Shown here in pieces: positions 12,423-26,269 of a DNA stretch of 64,000 bases. The translations under genes were made by a program, and so were the position numbers. Each line of letters begins with the position of its first letter. The stretch's first letter is position 1. Location of the stretch: NCBI GenBank assembly GCA_021613535.1, contig CP075494.1, positions 4,774,001-4,838,000 of the forward strand, in the 5' to 3' direction. The DNA comes from Adineta vaga. Taxonomy: Eukaryota; Animalia; Rotifera. Below the pieces are notes generated by a model, which worked only from the letters and a program-made list of their open reading frames with translations, ran no database searches and was not told where the DNA came from.

Positions 12423-13637
12423 TGTCGCTTGATTTTGAAGAATAAAGAATCAAATTGAAAGCGCAATATAAATATATATTCTTAATGCGACACAGATGGC
12501 ATTTTAAATCTTATTTTTCGCATCATTGTCATCTATTAATGAAAAAATGAGAAACTTTCATTTGACTCATTCTTAATCTTTAGGCAAGGAAAATATGCAA
12601 AAATACTCTTATAAATATTTTATTTTGCTATGGTGTGATCTATAGCCAGTTTCAATTGACTAAATATCTATATTTGGATAAATAAAAAAATCTTGAGGGT
12701 GGGATGTGAATGTGGGTGCATGTGAGGGCGTAAGTATCATAAGGATACGTAAGCAACGTCCTCAACCTCAACTATGAAATAGAACATTTGAAAAATCCCA
12801 GGTGATCTCGCAAAACTTTTTATCAGCCATCAAAATAGTGGAAGTCTGAAAAATAAACTCGTACACACATCACGTTCAATATTCAAAGCTATCTACCAAA
12901 AAACAACATTCATCGTAGTACTGAACTTAACTACGCATACACTGTCTCCTCTTACAACTAAAATATATGCACCGTTTCACTATCACTTTAGAATTCAGAA
13001 TAAAATAAAATAACTTATATAAATTAAAACGGAAATCTACATAACGTGCTGAAAGCGAAAATTGTATTTCTACCTTTCTTCTAATTCTAGCAGTTTTATA
13101 CTCTACGTCCCAACTATTTAATAAGTCTTGAGCAAAGTTGGAACGCGTCATGTTTGCTTGACTCACTCTCATCTTGTAAGCGAGAGGTGTGTGAGTATCA
13201 GATTGTTTCTTTCTAGCTTCATCCACATCATAGCCTATCCACATGCACACGCAATATGGTTTAATGTCCGTCACATTTCTTTTCCAATGTGGAGAATAGT
13301 AAAATTAATATTTGATACTTCTAAACCAAAAATGTATTTGTTTTCGTATTGAATTTAAAAAGTTCGAAAAAGATTAATTTATTTCATGTTTTAAATTGAT
13401 TGCAAATAAGCTTTTATAGAAGAAGATAGAAATTTCAAATTATCAATGAGCTACGAAAATGACCATATATCTAATTGAAATTTTTCTTTTTTGACTATTT
13501 TTAAATCAGGTTATTACGATGTTCTAAGTAATTATATTTGTTTATTAGAGATGATAGATATTTTTCTTAATTCTTCAATCGTGATTAATGTCAATAAAGT
13601 AGAACGGTAGAAAAAAAAAGTTCTTAATTAAAACAAT

Positions 13638-16600
13638 TTATTCATTGGTTTGTGTTCCGTTTGTTACCACTTTATTAACGTCTTTCTTTGATCTATTTTT
13701 ATTTAACCATTTGGCAAATATTGTTGCTATCATTGTTTTTCGAAATTCGTTTGTGAATACACTTGAAGGGAGAACATAGAGAAGAAAACCAAGTACTTGA
13801 GGAGTATAGGAAAGAAGATAGGCAATGAGAAGTGTGTGTCGTTTCCAATCACTCAATTGAGAGCAAGCTAAAGTAAATGAGAGAACGGTTTGTGGGAGTC
13901 CAGAAAATACAATTATGATTGGAGTTATGTAGAGTTCTTTCTGTGCAAAAAATTGTTTTTTCAATATTTGCGTAAATATTGCTTTTTCGTTTTTTGTTCT
14001 TGCTCGACTACGAGCGGCGAAAATGATAAGAAAAGTAATAGAAATAATTTGAATGCTGAAAGGCATCAAATAATGCAATAATGTATTGATTCGATTATAG
14101 TTAGCTATAATATTTTGATTGAAATTAGTTACGCACAAGACGATAAGTGAATTTGGACTGCGAACCGTTTGATAAAAGAGAATCTCATGAATATGCATAC
14201 TAAAAAGGATAAGTAGAGTACTTAGACTGATACAGATTGCTATTCGCGAACTCTTTAGCACAGTTGAAGTTGGAAACAGAATCATAAGAAGACGATTAAC
14301 TGCAATCCAGCTGGTTATCCAATATGTGGAGCGAGTGTAGACAGAAAGAAAATAACTTAGTGTTTTACATGACATATTATTGATTCGTCCCAATGATCCT
14401 AATAGAACGTGGATAAATTTGAATAAGAGACAAAATAAACCACATTGATTAAGAATTGTGACAACAAGCAGATAGTTTCCAACACCAAACTTTCGTGGTT
14501 CAGCTCGTTTAAATGTGAGAAAAGAGCAGAAATTAGTAAAAAGACCGAGAATGAATAGACCCAATACCAGACTTATATAAATAGACTGAACAGTTGTAGT
14601 GTAGGAGATTAACAGGGAATCGAGAGTAAAGCCGAATGCTTGTAGACTGAATTCGCAGCGATAGCCTTCGTGACAGGACGGACAAAGACAGATAAAGTCA
14701 TTTGAATTTTTTACATCACCTTTGATACATTTTCCACCTGATAAACATAGATCACAATGATCTATAAACGGATCATGTACGAAACAGTGTACTCCCTTGT
14801 GTTCGGGTTGACATAAACATAGGTAATTTGAATCATAAAAACATATACGAGCCGTATCGTTTCGGCAGATATGATGATACTCAAAAACAGTAGGTATGCG
14901 AGATCTTTCTTCTAAAAAATAAAGAAATAGCAGAATGGGTTTGTCTATTTTTTCAGTTATTCGTGGATATTTTACCTTGAGAGAATAAATTTGAAACATG
15001 CGGACATTTTTCAGGTGTTGAGGTGATATTGATGTTACTTGCATTTTGTCTAAGGTAAAGAATAGAATACGTAGGAGATGTTATTTTGTCATAAGTCTTT
15101 AGAATTGCGATAGGTGGTACAATATTCTCTCCGTGATTGTATCGAACTGTTTGAGGTAACCCGTATAGAACTTGTTGATAAACTAAATGTAATATCATTG
15201 TTGGTAATGTAAAATCATAGAACTGAATGACACTAGATACAATTGATATTGATGTCATATTAATTTCTATACGAATAGCTATCTTTTCAAATTGACATCG
15301 ATCACCATAAAATTGTTTTGCGCATATACAAACAAAGGGATCTTCTCCACTTGGATCATTGGTTAGATGACAAGTTGAATCTAATCCACATGGATTTGTA
15401 TAGCATGCTTCATTTCTTATATGACAGCGAGATCCAAGTCGACCAAACGGACAAATACATAGAGGATAGTCCGAACCGGCAATCAAACCACGTTGGTTTG
15501 GTCGACAAATAGAATCAGAACTACAGTATATTGAACATTCCGAATGAAATTCTGTACAATTATCGCCACTGTAACCAGATTTACAAGAGCAATAGAATGA
15601 ATTATTACGGTTTAAAATTGGTTTACATAAAGAATTTGAGTTACATGGATTCTGAGTGCATGGATTAAATGTAGAGTTCCAGAACCATGATGGACATTTT
15701 AAGATAGTAGCCAAACGAAAAACGGGAAGATAATCAAAGTATATTAGGTAATGAAACGAACCTAGTTCGTTTATATGTGTATCGTTTATTGAATACATGT
15801 CGAAATGAACGGAATAAGGGTGAGGATCATTGATGTCAGTTCGATTGAAATATCGCCGTTGTTTATATTTCAGAGAATAATTTGATCGAGAATAAAGTAG
15901 ATGAAACCGTTGTTTGATAATGTTTTTTTTTTCCAATGAAGGATTAACATGAAATAAATGATGATCGATAATAATGTTTTCAAAACGCAGAGTAACGACA
16001 ACTTTTAATAATTTTGTCAAAAATACATTTGGAAACGTAATTAAATCAAGATGAGTTATAATGGATAAGCGATCCGAGAAAAATTCACATTGAAATCCAT
16101 AATACGCTGGTGGACAAATGCAAAGAGAACCCTTAGCAACTGGATGAAAAATAGGAAAACCTCTATTGCATATGTGCGACAATGAACTTATTAATCGTTC
16201 TGTATCTTGTAAAAATGTCTTTTTCTGATATATTTGCTGCTTATTATTAAAAATATTTTTTGTAATTAAATTCGATGGAAATTTTTGTGCAAAATATTCT
16301 TTTTCTTCTATTTTAACCAACTGATCAGGCTGTTTAGGAAAAAGCAATAAAATTAATGTTTGCTTGCTCTTCTTTCTTTCTCCATGCTTAGAAGTCCGAT
16401 AAAGAATTTTCTCTAACAGAGAATCATGTGGAGAACACCAATGTTCATCTTCTCCATCTGGACACTGGCGCTTTCCATTGCAACGAGCATTTTCTCTACA
16501 CGTTCCATCCAGACAGACAACATCTTCTGTTTCGAAGCACCATGATGCATTCTTGCTTCTGTGAGAACAGAGAAGTGAATTTGTGCATTTATGACTGTTC

Positions 16601-19105
16601 GCACATGCAAATGAATATGTCGTACATTGATCAGCACATCGTAAAGTATATCCAAGCATATTTTCCGTACAATCTTTGAAGGTATTCTTTTCATCGATAC
16701 CGCCGTAGCAATCTTCGATGCCGTCGCCAAGCTGTGTGAGATTAATACATGGTCGATATGTATAGATATCTTTTGGATTCGAAACAGAAGATCGATAGCA
16801 AGGATACTCGTAAGTAAAGTTACACAAATCAGGGAATGGTAATGTCGCATATCTTTCTTGACACTTTTTATTCCGTTCACTATTATCAGACCAGTATTCA
16901 GAAAGACCAAATTCATCACTGGCATCTGAACAATCCCATTCTCCATCACACACCCAACTTGCTTCGATACACTGACCGGTTCGACATCGAAATTGATTAT
17001 CGTGACAAATCCATGTTTGACATGCCATAGGATGCTCATCTATATGTGTCTGTTGTTCATCCCAGAAAGTATCACAATAATAAGGGAAAGGTATTACTGT
17101 TGATTGATGGTTATCATTACTCTCATCTTGATGATCTAGATATGTTAAATTGTGAATAGATGAATTGCCAATATAAGTTCGAAGCAGATGACATTCATTG
17201 TTATCATCATTTGCCATGCAATTAATTTTATACAACACACGACCATTACCTTTTAGGAATTTATCATAATTATTTGCACAAGATCGATGTTGATTTGGAT
17301 ATTGATTAGCAAACATCATGACAGGAAAACATGTTCTTTGCTCTGAAGAACATTGAAAACGATGTTTTTGAATCTTTTGACAATAGTTCGTGGCTGAGAG
17401 TAGATCATAAACTTCGTCACTATTATTCACACAATCGATTACCCCGTCACCAATTCGATATTGAGAGAAACATCCTCCTAATACACTACAAATATCTTGA
17501 AAAGCGTAGGGTCGACTATTAAAAGTTGATGAGTCATGCCAGCATGTTGCTGAAAATTGATTTGGCGATTTTGTATCCCGATGTTCTATGGGTACGGCAG
17601 CACAAATACTCGATTCAATCAAGAATCTATCAATCAGTTCATAAGTATAAATGAATTGATGCATGTCAGCGAAAGTCTTGTTAACGCGAAATCCTCTACA
17701 CCGTATAGTTCCGACAAATAGAACAAAATTCGGCGATGGATTACTCCATCTTTGATTCCAGTCATACCCATGCGCGAGCCATGGTCGTATAATACCATTT
17801 CGCGGATATAAGTACATCTTATTAGGCAAACATACTTCGTGCATCAATGTGATACAGTTCGAGCCATTACAAGGACATCTAGCTTCTGCACCTTTTGACA
17901 AAGCACACCGAATCAAATACATACATATATTGGTATTAGAAGAAAAATCTATTGATCTATCTCGATAACCTTCCCATACACAAAGACCATCTGGTTTTGT
18001 CCACAATGCCATATCAGCAGCTGTTTCACATATGTAACTGTATTCTCGCATGGTGTAACAACCTGGCTCTTTTGAAGAAAACTTTTGATACACATGACGA
18101 GCGAACGTGTTGATACATTGCCCATCTCCACATGACCATAAACTAGATATACATTTATGATCATCACAATCAATGGTCAATGGATGAAAAGGACAAAAAT
18201 CACCCAATCCAGCATCCATTTCGTCGCTCCAGTCCATACAATCTCGTTGACCTATTTAAAAGCGTTTACTGAATGTTAAATCAACTTGATTGAAAAACAT
18301 GTTTATCTTAATTATCTCAACAATGAAATTAAATTTTACCGTATTAAGATTGCAATTTTTGCTTGAAATGTTTTAAACAATTCTCTCATTGAAAAAAAGT
18401 TTGTTATTAATCTGACTTACCATCAATCCAATACTCTTGCGGTATACACATTCCGTTAACACATCGGTATTCATCATCTTCACATTCATTAAATTCTAAT
18501 TTGTCACAATTCTCTTCGTCGATTCCATCAATACAATTCTGAGCTCCATCACAAATATTTCTCCAGTCGAGACATAATAAACCATAGTTACACTTGAGAG
18601 TTGTATAGCATACAATCTTGCCCCATGCTTGGTGATCTTTTCTATTATGTAACTCTCGAAATAAATGTTCTATAGACTCACTAACTGGTGAGATCTTGAA
18701 CACCATTTGATATTCGCAATTTTTGCCGAAAGATCCTGGTTTTGTACAACTACACAAAAATTCGTTTTCATCGTACTTGTTCGAACGGTTGTAAAATATG
18801 CGTGCATAATTATCTACTTTTTCTACACTTGAACTCCACGCGAGAATTTTCCAAGGTGAAATATTTTCAGCAAGTAGATCAGTAAATTTTCATTTCTCCC
18901 CATCTGAACAATTAATAGATTCTGAAGACATGGATATAACATCGCCTGGTCGTACACAGTATTTAATAGTTACATTTTGGGTGTAATAGATACAATCAAA
19001 TTCTTCTAATCCAATGCTGCTTTCAGTATTATAAAGAAGTACCATTGTATCTGTAGCACTAGCTATCATTGTGTATAATAGAAGATTGACAATTCGTTCA
19101 TACAT
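13638..19105 (-). CDS. Giant rhodopsin-like GPCR with LDL-receptor class A and EGF repeats; exons 19105-18421, 18251-14976, 14911-13638; one in-frame TGA at 18890-18892 (possible null allele)
   Basis: LDLa motifs (CDGAQNCIDGIDEENC, CDGEWDCSDASDE), EGF repeats and a 7TM C-terminus (WITSWIAVNRL, HYLMPF, LYVLPS). 5235 nt continuous in frame apart from TGA at codon 72. Confidence 0.85.
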
Positions 19106-19525
19106 CTTTGGTTAATCAATTGATATTATCGCCTGACTATTATTCTAATCGTGTAAAAAATATGTTTCATCTATTAAAGAATATTTGTTGAATGGTATTA
19201 AATAATTCTCACAAAGAACATCATTTGTGCACGTTCAAAGTCAATATTATCATTCGTGCTTTTTTTAAATGCTAGTTGAATTTGTCTTTATCTATCCGTT
19301 CTACCTGTCAAGGATGTTAATGAATTTCTGTGTACATCACATTTGAGTAATTTCAAAATCAATACTGTAGAAAATGAACAAATATCATTATTAGTCATTT
19401 TACATTAAATTGTAAAATTTGTTGTTTTGCATCTATTTTAATACAAATTGTTTATAAAGCCTTTTATTTTTTAAGAGTGTGAATGTGGAATGAAGAGGCC
19501 ACCTCCTACCTCATCCATCCTCAAG

Positions 19526-19675
19526 TAGGGTCGGGCGGGATTACCCCAATCCCTACTTTTGTCCCGAATTCCGCTCTCGATCTCGAAAGAATATTTAATA
19601 AAGATCGGGATCGGGATGGATTCTTTTTCGTAAGACCGGAACCTGGATAAAAAATGCTGATTCCGCCGGATCCTA
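19526..19675. mobile_element. 150-bp non-autonomous hAT-type MITE
   Basis: TIRs TAGGGTCGGGCGGGAT vs TAGGATCCGGCGGAAT (13/16). Flanked by 8-bp TSD TCCTCAAG (19518-25) / TCCACAAG (19676-83). GC-rich internal TCCCGA/TCGGGA motifs. Confidence 0.75.
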
Positions 19676-20450
19676 TCCACAAGATAGTATCAAAGCTAAC
19701 GTCAAGAAATCGTACTCTTGATAAATAATGAAATTAGACAAATTATTCTTCATCAACATTACGTACTATATAGTAATACTGAATAAACAACAAAATCATT
19801 TTATTTTCTACAAATTGGGAGGGAACTATTATGTTAAATCGCCAATGTTGCTTAGGCACATCTCCACTTCTGCAAGGTATATTCGTGAGTGTTCTTACAG
19901 ACGCTCATTAGTTGTGATCATCACTTTGTGACTAATAATCAATAACGACAACATCAATGCAGATGGTTGAACAGACAGTATCACTTTTTGGATATACCTC
20001 AATCGTGTCTGTTATTCTGATAGTAATAGCTCTTCTACTCTGAGTGCTATAAAAAAACTGATTGATTTCCTCCGAAAATCATATATCATTCTACTCAGGG
20101 TCAATTATTTCAGTAGCCATTATGGTAGTATGAGTAAGTGAAAGAAATACAACGTTTGTTTTTAGATTAAAGATACTTATTGATGTGTATGACGTCGTTT
20201 TTTTATGAATTATTATAGTACTTATCCAAAAACTCAATTAAATTCATTCTTGAATCGTCATTTCGATGATATTATATGACGTATTATAGTTTACAAGTTT
20301 GGTGCATCATAACTACTCATGGATGAAACAGAACATGAATATAAACGTCACTCTACATCTATACGTCATCGCTAAATACAGAATAGTAGTCATGCGTCAA
20401 TAACTTATTTTACGTATCTATCTGTGTGTCATGAGGGGACAAAACTTATG

Positions 20451-20458
20451 TATATAAG
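20451..20458 (+). promoter_or_regulatory. TATA box of the small Gly/Tyr-rich protein gene
   Basis: TATATAAG about 65 bp upstream of ATG 20518. Confidence 0.55.
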
Positions 20459-20517
20459 TGCCGATTAAAACTTGTTTTATTCATATATTGTAAGTAAACA
20501 TTTAATTCGATTCAAAC

Positions 20518-20804
20518 ATGTACGGTTTAAACGCTTATCGTAATCCAGCTGTTATCAATGAATTACTTTCGGATTTATGGATTGAACAGAATGTTCCTGG
20601 TGGATTAAGTAGTAAGTGAATACATTTAATCTATTGTATTCATCAATACATATATCTCATATTCTAGGTCCTCTTGGTCAAACCTTGGATAATATGATGG
20701 GTGGAAATCCTAATCCAACTCTTGGTCAACGATATGGGTCTATGACTGGTTATAGATATGGAACATATTATCGTCCGGTTTATGGCTATCAATACATTCG
20801 ATAA
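20518..20804 (+). CDS. Small Gly/Tyr-rich protein (76 aa); exons 20518-20611, 20668-20804
   Basis: MYGLNAYRNPAVINELLSDLWIEQNVPGGLSSPLGQTLDNMMGGNPNPTLGQRYGSMTGYRYGTYYRPVYGYQYIR. 56-bp GTAAGT..TAG intron in frame, TATA box upstream, AATAAA downstream. Confidence 0.8.
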
Positions 20805-22020
20805 ATTTGTATATAATAAATTTTTCTTGTAAATAATAAACTGATTGCATTCTGTATCATGATTCCATAATTATGTTTATTTATCTTTGTCTTATTGGTG
20901 GAGAGAAAATATGAGTATCGATTATTAATGATTTTATGAAAAAATGAAAATTCATTGATTGAAAGTTGATATAATTAGATTGTTCTACTACACAAACCAA
21001 AAGAGATGAATAAATACTACTATAGATAACGACTGAAATCATTCATGTATCTAAATAAAGCCTGCCACGGTAATCTAGTCTACTGTGTGATGTACGATAT
21101 TGAGTTATCCATAGATGAGAGATAAATGTCAAGGAAATTTCTTCTTGTAAGAAGCATCTTGCGGGTGTAAGTGTCGTTGCGAGTGGTATGGCTCTAAGTG
21201 ATAGGATACTAAAGAGTATGTGATATTAGGCCACACCTACACCATCTTAAAATCAAGTGAATAAATGTTACTTCAACTTATCATCGAAAATTTTATTGCT
21301 ATTTAATAGTTTTGATGCAAAACATTTTGCAATACACGAGATAATATCTATGAATATTCAACGATATTTGACAAAACTTCTATGATACTGATTATGTTTC
21401 ATTTTCAAATAAATGATTTTTCATCCAAATCAGTACCAAGCTTGATTTTGATTATTATCGATATATCAGTGTCGTAATATTCGTAAATATTAAAACTTTC
21501 TCTCTTTCATATTGTAGGATTAGCTACTAGCAACAGCAATAAACAAATATTGTGATAAGATTGAAAGATATGTAAAATAATCTTTCCGAAAAAAATGATG
21601 AGTCACCCATATCGATAACAAAGCAACTTGCCAATCAGCTTGAATAAAAATAAATTTCTATTTCTATAAACTCTCAAAAAGTACACTTTCATTATCTATA
21701 TTAAAAGATTTATTTTTGAGTGAATTTTTCAAAGATGTCGCCATACATATATGACTATAGAACAGAAAAACATTTTGTTAGATAATATATTTTAATACAA
21801 AAATGAAAGAAATTTGAGAAGCAAAGTTTTCAATATGTAATATAAGTACATATGTCAACTTACTGCTTCCTCGATTAGTAACTCAAATATTTAATTTTTA
21901 TCCATATAAAAAGATATCAATCATAGACTGCAGTATAGTCTGCTGTTGAAAAGTTCTTTTGTATAAATCATAAACATAGAAACAAATATTATATTGAGAT
22001 ATTGATATACAGTATTCATC

Positions 22021-24500
22021 ATGTATATTTTCTGTTCAATACATCTAATTATAATGATTGGTGTGATTGTTTTCGTTGAAATTCATGGATATCCAACTGA
22101 AAAAGTTCGTCTATTTCTTCGATAGAAACTCTTCAAAAAGTGAACATAAACTTTGTTTTTTGTTTTCGAAAAGGAAATGTTGAGAAAACCATACGAAAAT
22201 CGTAAGTTCAATATACCATTTCCTTGAAAACTAAGCTAATTAACTCTCCGTATTTTAGCTGATTTAATTGAAGGTGATATGCTTTTTCATCCTTCACCTG
22301 AATCAATGTCTGTAAGTGAATTTGTATGAATTCTTCAGAGAAGTATTTCTATATTTATTTTTCAACCATCAAGCGTGGAGTTGCACAACGAGGGAATGGA
22401 GTTGCTTGGACAAATGGAATCGTACCGTATGAGTTTCAATCAGAATATAGTAATTATATCTATATTATTCATTAACTCAAAAAACTACCATATCTATTTT
22501 AGCATCTGAACAACAAGCATTTATTGTTGCTGCAATGCGAAAATTAGAACATTTAGTCGCTATCAACAATGTCGTATGCATTCAATTCCGACCAAAACGT
22601 TCAACTGATCGATATTACATCTATATTGCCAAGACAAGTGGTTGTTCATCCTATGTAAATGTTTAATATTATATTATATTCAACTATGATATCATTTTAG
22701 GTTGGACAAAGTATTCATGGCATGTCACTTCATACAGTTTCATTAGAATATCCGGGATGCTTTTTTGACGGCATCGTTATGCATGAATTATTACATACAT
22801 TAGGTAACATATTGTACTGTTGTATTGGTGTCGAATTAACAATAATATCTACTTGGATATTTTTAGGCTTCTATCATGAACAATCACGACCTGATCGTGA
22901 TAATTATGTAAGAGTTCTGTATGAAAACATACCCATAGGTAAAATGAATTATTTTGTGATTTTTTCTAACAAAGAAATCATCTCTTTTTTTTTACAGATA
23001 ATCAGCATAATTTTGAAAAATACGACGATACATTCGTAGATACTTTAAATACATCCTATGATTACTCATCTATAATGCATTATAGAAAAGATGCTTTTTC
23101 TTCTAATGGTCTTCCAACTATCGAACCACTGCAATCCAATGTTACTATTGGTCAACGAGCTAATTTGAGTTCAATTGATATACACGAAGTACGATTTTTA
23201 TATAATTGTTCAGCAGTTGGTGTAACATTACCAGAAATTCATACTACAACAACACGTAAGTTTACTGATGATACATCTACAGGAATTTAACATTTCATTA
23301 CGATTGAATAGCAAATTTGTATCCAGTCAATACAACTATCTCATCAGCATGGACATCAAATAGTCAAAAATTTATTCGTCTTAACGGTTCGACATCCTAT
23401 AATTATTATGAAGCATATCGAGTTACTGTACCTATCAATGGTTCTTATATATTTACAAGCGAAAGTATGATTGATACATATGGTTACTTGTATTTGGATA
23501 GTTTCTTACCAAATTTCATCACACATAATTTAATTGCAAGCGATGACGATAGTGGTGATAACAGTGAATTTCAATTTACAATTTATCTTCACTCTAATGT
23601 GACATATATTTTGGTTGCAACGACATACAACGAACATACTACTGGAGAATTTAGTGTGATTATTTCTGGTTTGACAAAGGTAAATATTGCTCCGATTGAT
23701 AATACAACGGTAACATTGATGACCAATGTCACACCACCCAGTAAGTGAATATACATATTTTTATTATCGTTTTTTTAGGTATTAATTTTTCACTTTCTTC
23801 GTACTCGTAGGATTTACTACTACTACAACTCCAAATAGTGTTGAATCGTATTATCACAGTGCACTAACTGTTAATTCTTTAGTCTATAATCGAGAAGATA
23901 CCGTTCGTACATACTATTACGAAGCAATTCAAATAAATGTGCCTATTAGTGGTACATACAATTTTAACAGTGTTAGCAATATTGATACATATGGCTATCT
24001 ATACAGAAGTTATTTTGATCCGAAAAACACTGTAGCTAATCTTCTTACTAACGATGATGATAGTGGTGGCGACAGCCAATTCTTAATTTCATACACATTA
24101 TATCCTTTCATTAATTACATTTTAATCACTACTACATTCAATTCCAGTACAAAAGGAGCCTTTTCAATTAGAGGAACCGGTCCAGCTGCAGTTATTTTTC
24201 GTCGTATTAATACGATTGGAATAACTTCTACGACTAGTCGACCATTATCTACGACTAGTAAGTATCCTTAAGAAATAAGATATCTTAAATCGAGATAAGG
24301 AATATTTTCAGTAATTTCTAAATTTTCAATTTTGTTCAGTTATAACTTGATTTTGAAGAGTATATAAATCAACGAAATTCAATGATTTTATATTTTTATG
24401 TTTAGCATCTGCATCAAATCAATTGAATACGATTATGATATATTTTATCGGTCAGTGGTTGACTTTATATCTCATTCAATATGTTATCATCGTTGTGTAA
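22021..24500 (+). CDS. Astacin (M12A) zinc metalloprotease with two C-terminal beta-sandwich repeats and a hydrophobic (GPI-like) tail; about 11 exons
   Basis: Signal peptide, pro-domain [20 protein letters not shown]|[11 protein letters not shown] zinc motif split by an intron, Met-turn SIMHY. Two DTYGYLY...DDDSG repeats. Confidence 0.9.
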
Positions 24501-24697
24501 TAAATATGAATATATAAACTTCTCTGACATTTTCATTTTTATATCCTAACACATTGACTATGTTGAATAATAAAATTAAAAAAACCTATTCAGAATTCAT
24601 ACAAATATTTCAATTTTATTTTGTATTCCATCATGTGTATATCATATTGATATTAGAAGAATATTCCTTAGGTTACAACTGTAACTAAATATGATAA

Positions 24698-25194
24698 TTA
24701 TGGTTTATAACATTTTTCTAAATCCATTGGATAATCCAATTCATAATCAGGAACTTGACCTGTAATCCAATTCGTAAATCTTGTTACAGATGTTGATATT
24801 AATTTAATTGATTTCTGTTCAGAGTTTTTCACATATAATCGATTTACATATTGAGTTGCATGATGTGTTGTATTAAATTCATATTTCCATGTTAAGCAAG
24901 TTCCATCACAATCATTGTCAAATATCAATTCATCATAAATTTTCGTTTCGCCACCAAATGATTGAACTAAATCTGACCAATAATACGTTTCTCTATATAG
25001 ACCACCTCAATTAACAATACATCCTGGTGGTTTAGACATAAAATCAAACAAATAAGTACAACCATCATTACGAACATAAATATCTTGATTACCACCGAAT
25101 TTTTCATCACCCGTATTTGAATACCAAATACGACTTATTTGTCCTGTTTGATTATTAACAGCGAAACGTTCTTGAGCAACACCATCCCAGCAGT
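24698..25194 (-). pseudogene. 5'-truncated remnant of a Cys-containing protein gene of unknown family, with an in-frame TGA at 25007-25009
   Basis: Frame reads CWDGVAQERFAVNNQ...PPGCIVN*GGLYRETYYW...DCDGTCLTWKYEF...CYKP. No start or signal peptide; abuts the kinase relic. Confidence 0.6.
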
Positions 25195-26269
25195 GTCACA
25201 TACCCCGACGATACAACTATATTGACTGGATGTCAATAATTCCTGTATTTGATTGAACCAACATTCAAATTGTTCATTTGGTATCGACGCAGAACGATTC
25301 AATGTATTTCCCAATAAAACACGAACGTCCGGTGATAATTTACTTAGATATCGTTCGAATTCTTTGGCTTGTTCAATGGGATCAAATTGAACGACTGAAA
25401 ATTGATCTCTACGTATTTTCGATGCTAAAACACTAACACCATGAAGTTTGCCCATTCCAAAACAGGCCCCATGATCAATAAAATGTACTTTTAATTTCGC
25501 ATTTTCATTATTCATATCTGTTGTATTCGATGTTGTTATCAAAATATTATGTGCATTTCGATCTGCATTTTGTATGATAGAATCAGTCATTAAAATTTTC
25601 CTTATTTTTCTTGGTAATTCATCAGTTGAAATGATCTTTTCATTTTCTTCACAAACATCCGTATTTAAAGTCGCACGATTATTATGATAGATTGCAATTT
25701 GAACTATATTTATTGGTAAATCCATCTTTCGTCCTAAGACATATGTTAACCATTCACAAGCACAGTACATGTTGCAAGATCTTGTATTTTAACTAAAATT
25801 CTTTCATCTTGAGAATTACGCATCCAGTACGCTGTACAACTAAAACCTTCGTCAATATTTTCACCTTCACATTTCCAATCTGATGTTATTTTGATATAGA
25901 TGGATTTACTTAATTTATTTGTTGTTTGCTTTTGTACTTCTAATTTTCTCTTTACTATTTCGATTACAGATTCGCTAGCATATTTTGATCTTGCGAATAA
26001 TGCAGCAGTTAGAACTGTACCTTCAACCATTGTTTTAATAGGACCACGCATAAATGCAACAATATTATTAGAAAGATGAACTTTTTGATTCAGTTTTGAT
26101 GTTGTATTAGAACTAATAAATTCAACAATTATTTCTTCTTCAATTTCCTTGAACTATATTCAAAAAATGCTTGAAGTTTTTGTTGATAATTGTTCGAAGA
26201 ATGACTTGCAGGGCTGTTTTCTTCATATGCTGCTTCTTTATTGTCACCATCTGTCTCCGGATGAACCAT
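25195..26269 (-). pseudogene. HipA-like / PI3-PI4 kinase-like atypical kinase, frameshifted and apparently 3'-truncated
   Basis: ILVKIQ lysine, EWLTYVLG helix, NADRNAHNIL catalytic loop, FIDHGACFG. Frame breaks near 26155 and 25770. Confidence 0.7.

Noticed and set aside
16413-17039. 208-aa alternative-frame ORF in the GPCR exon
   Set aside because: Overlaps the well-formed LDLa frame and has no motif.
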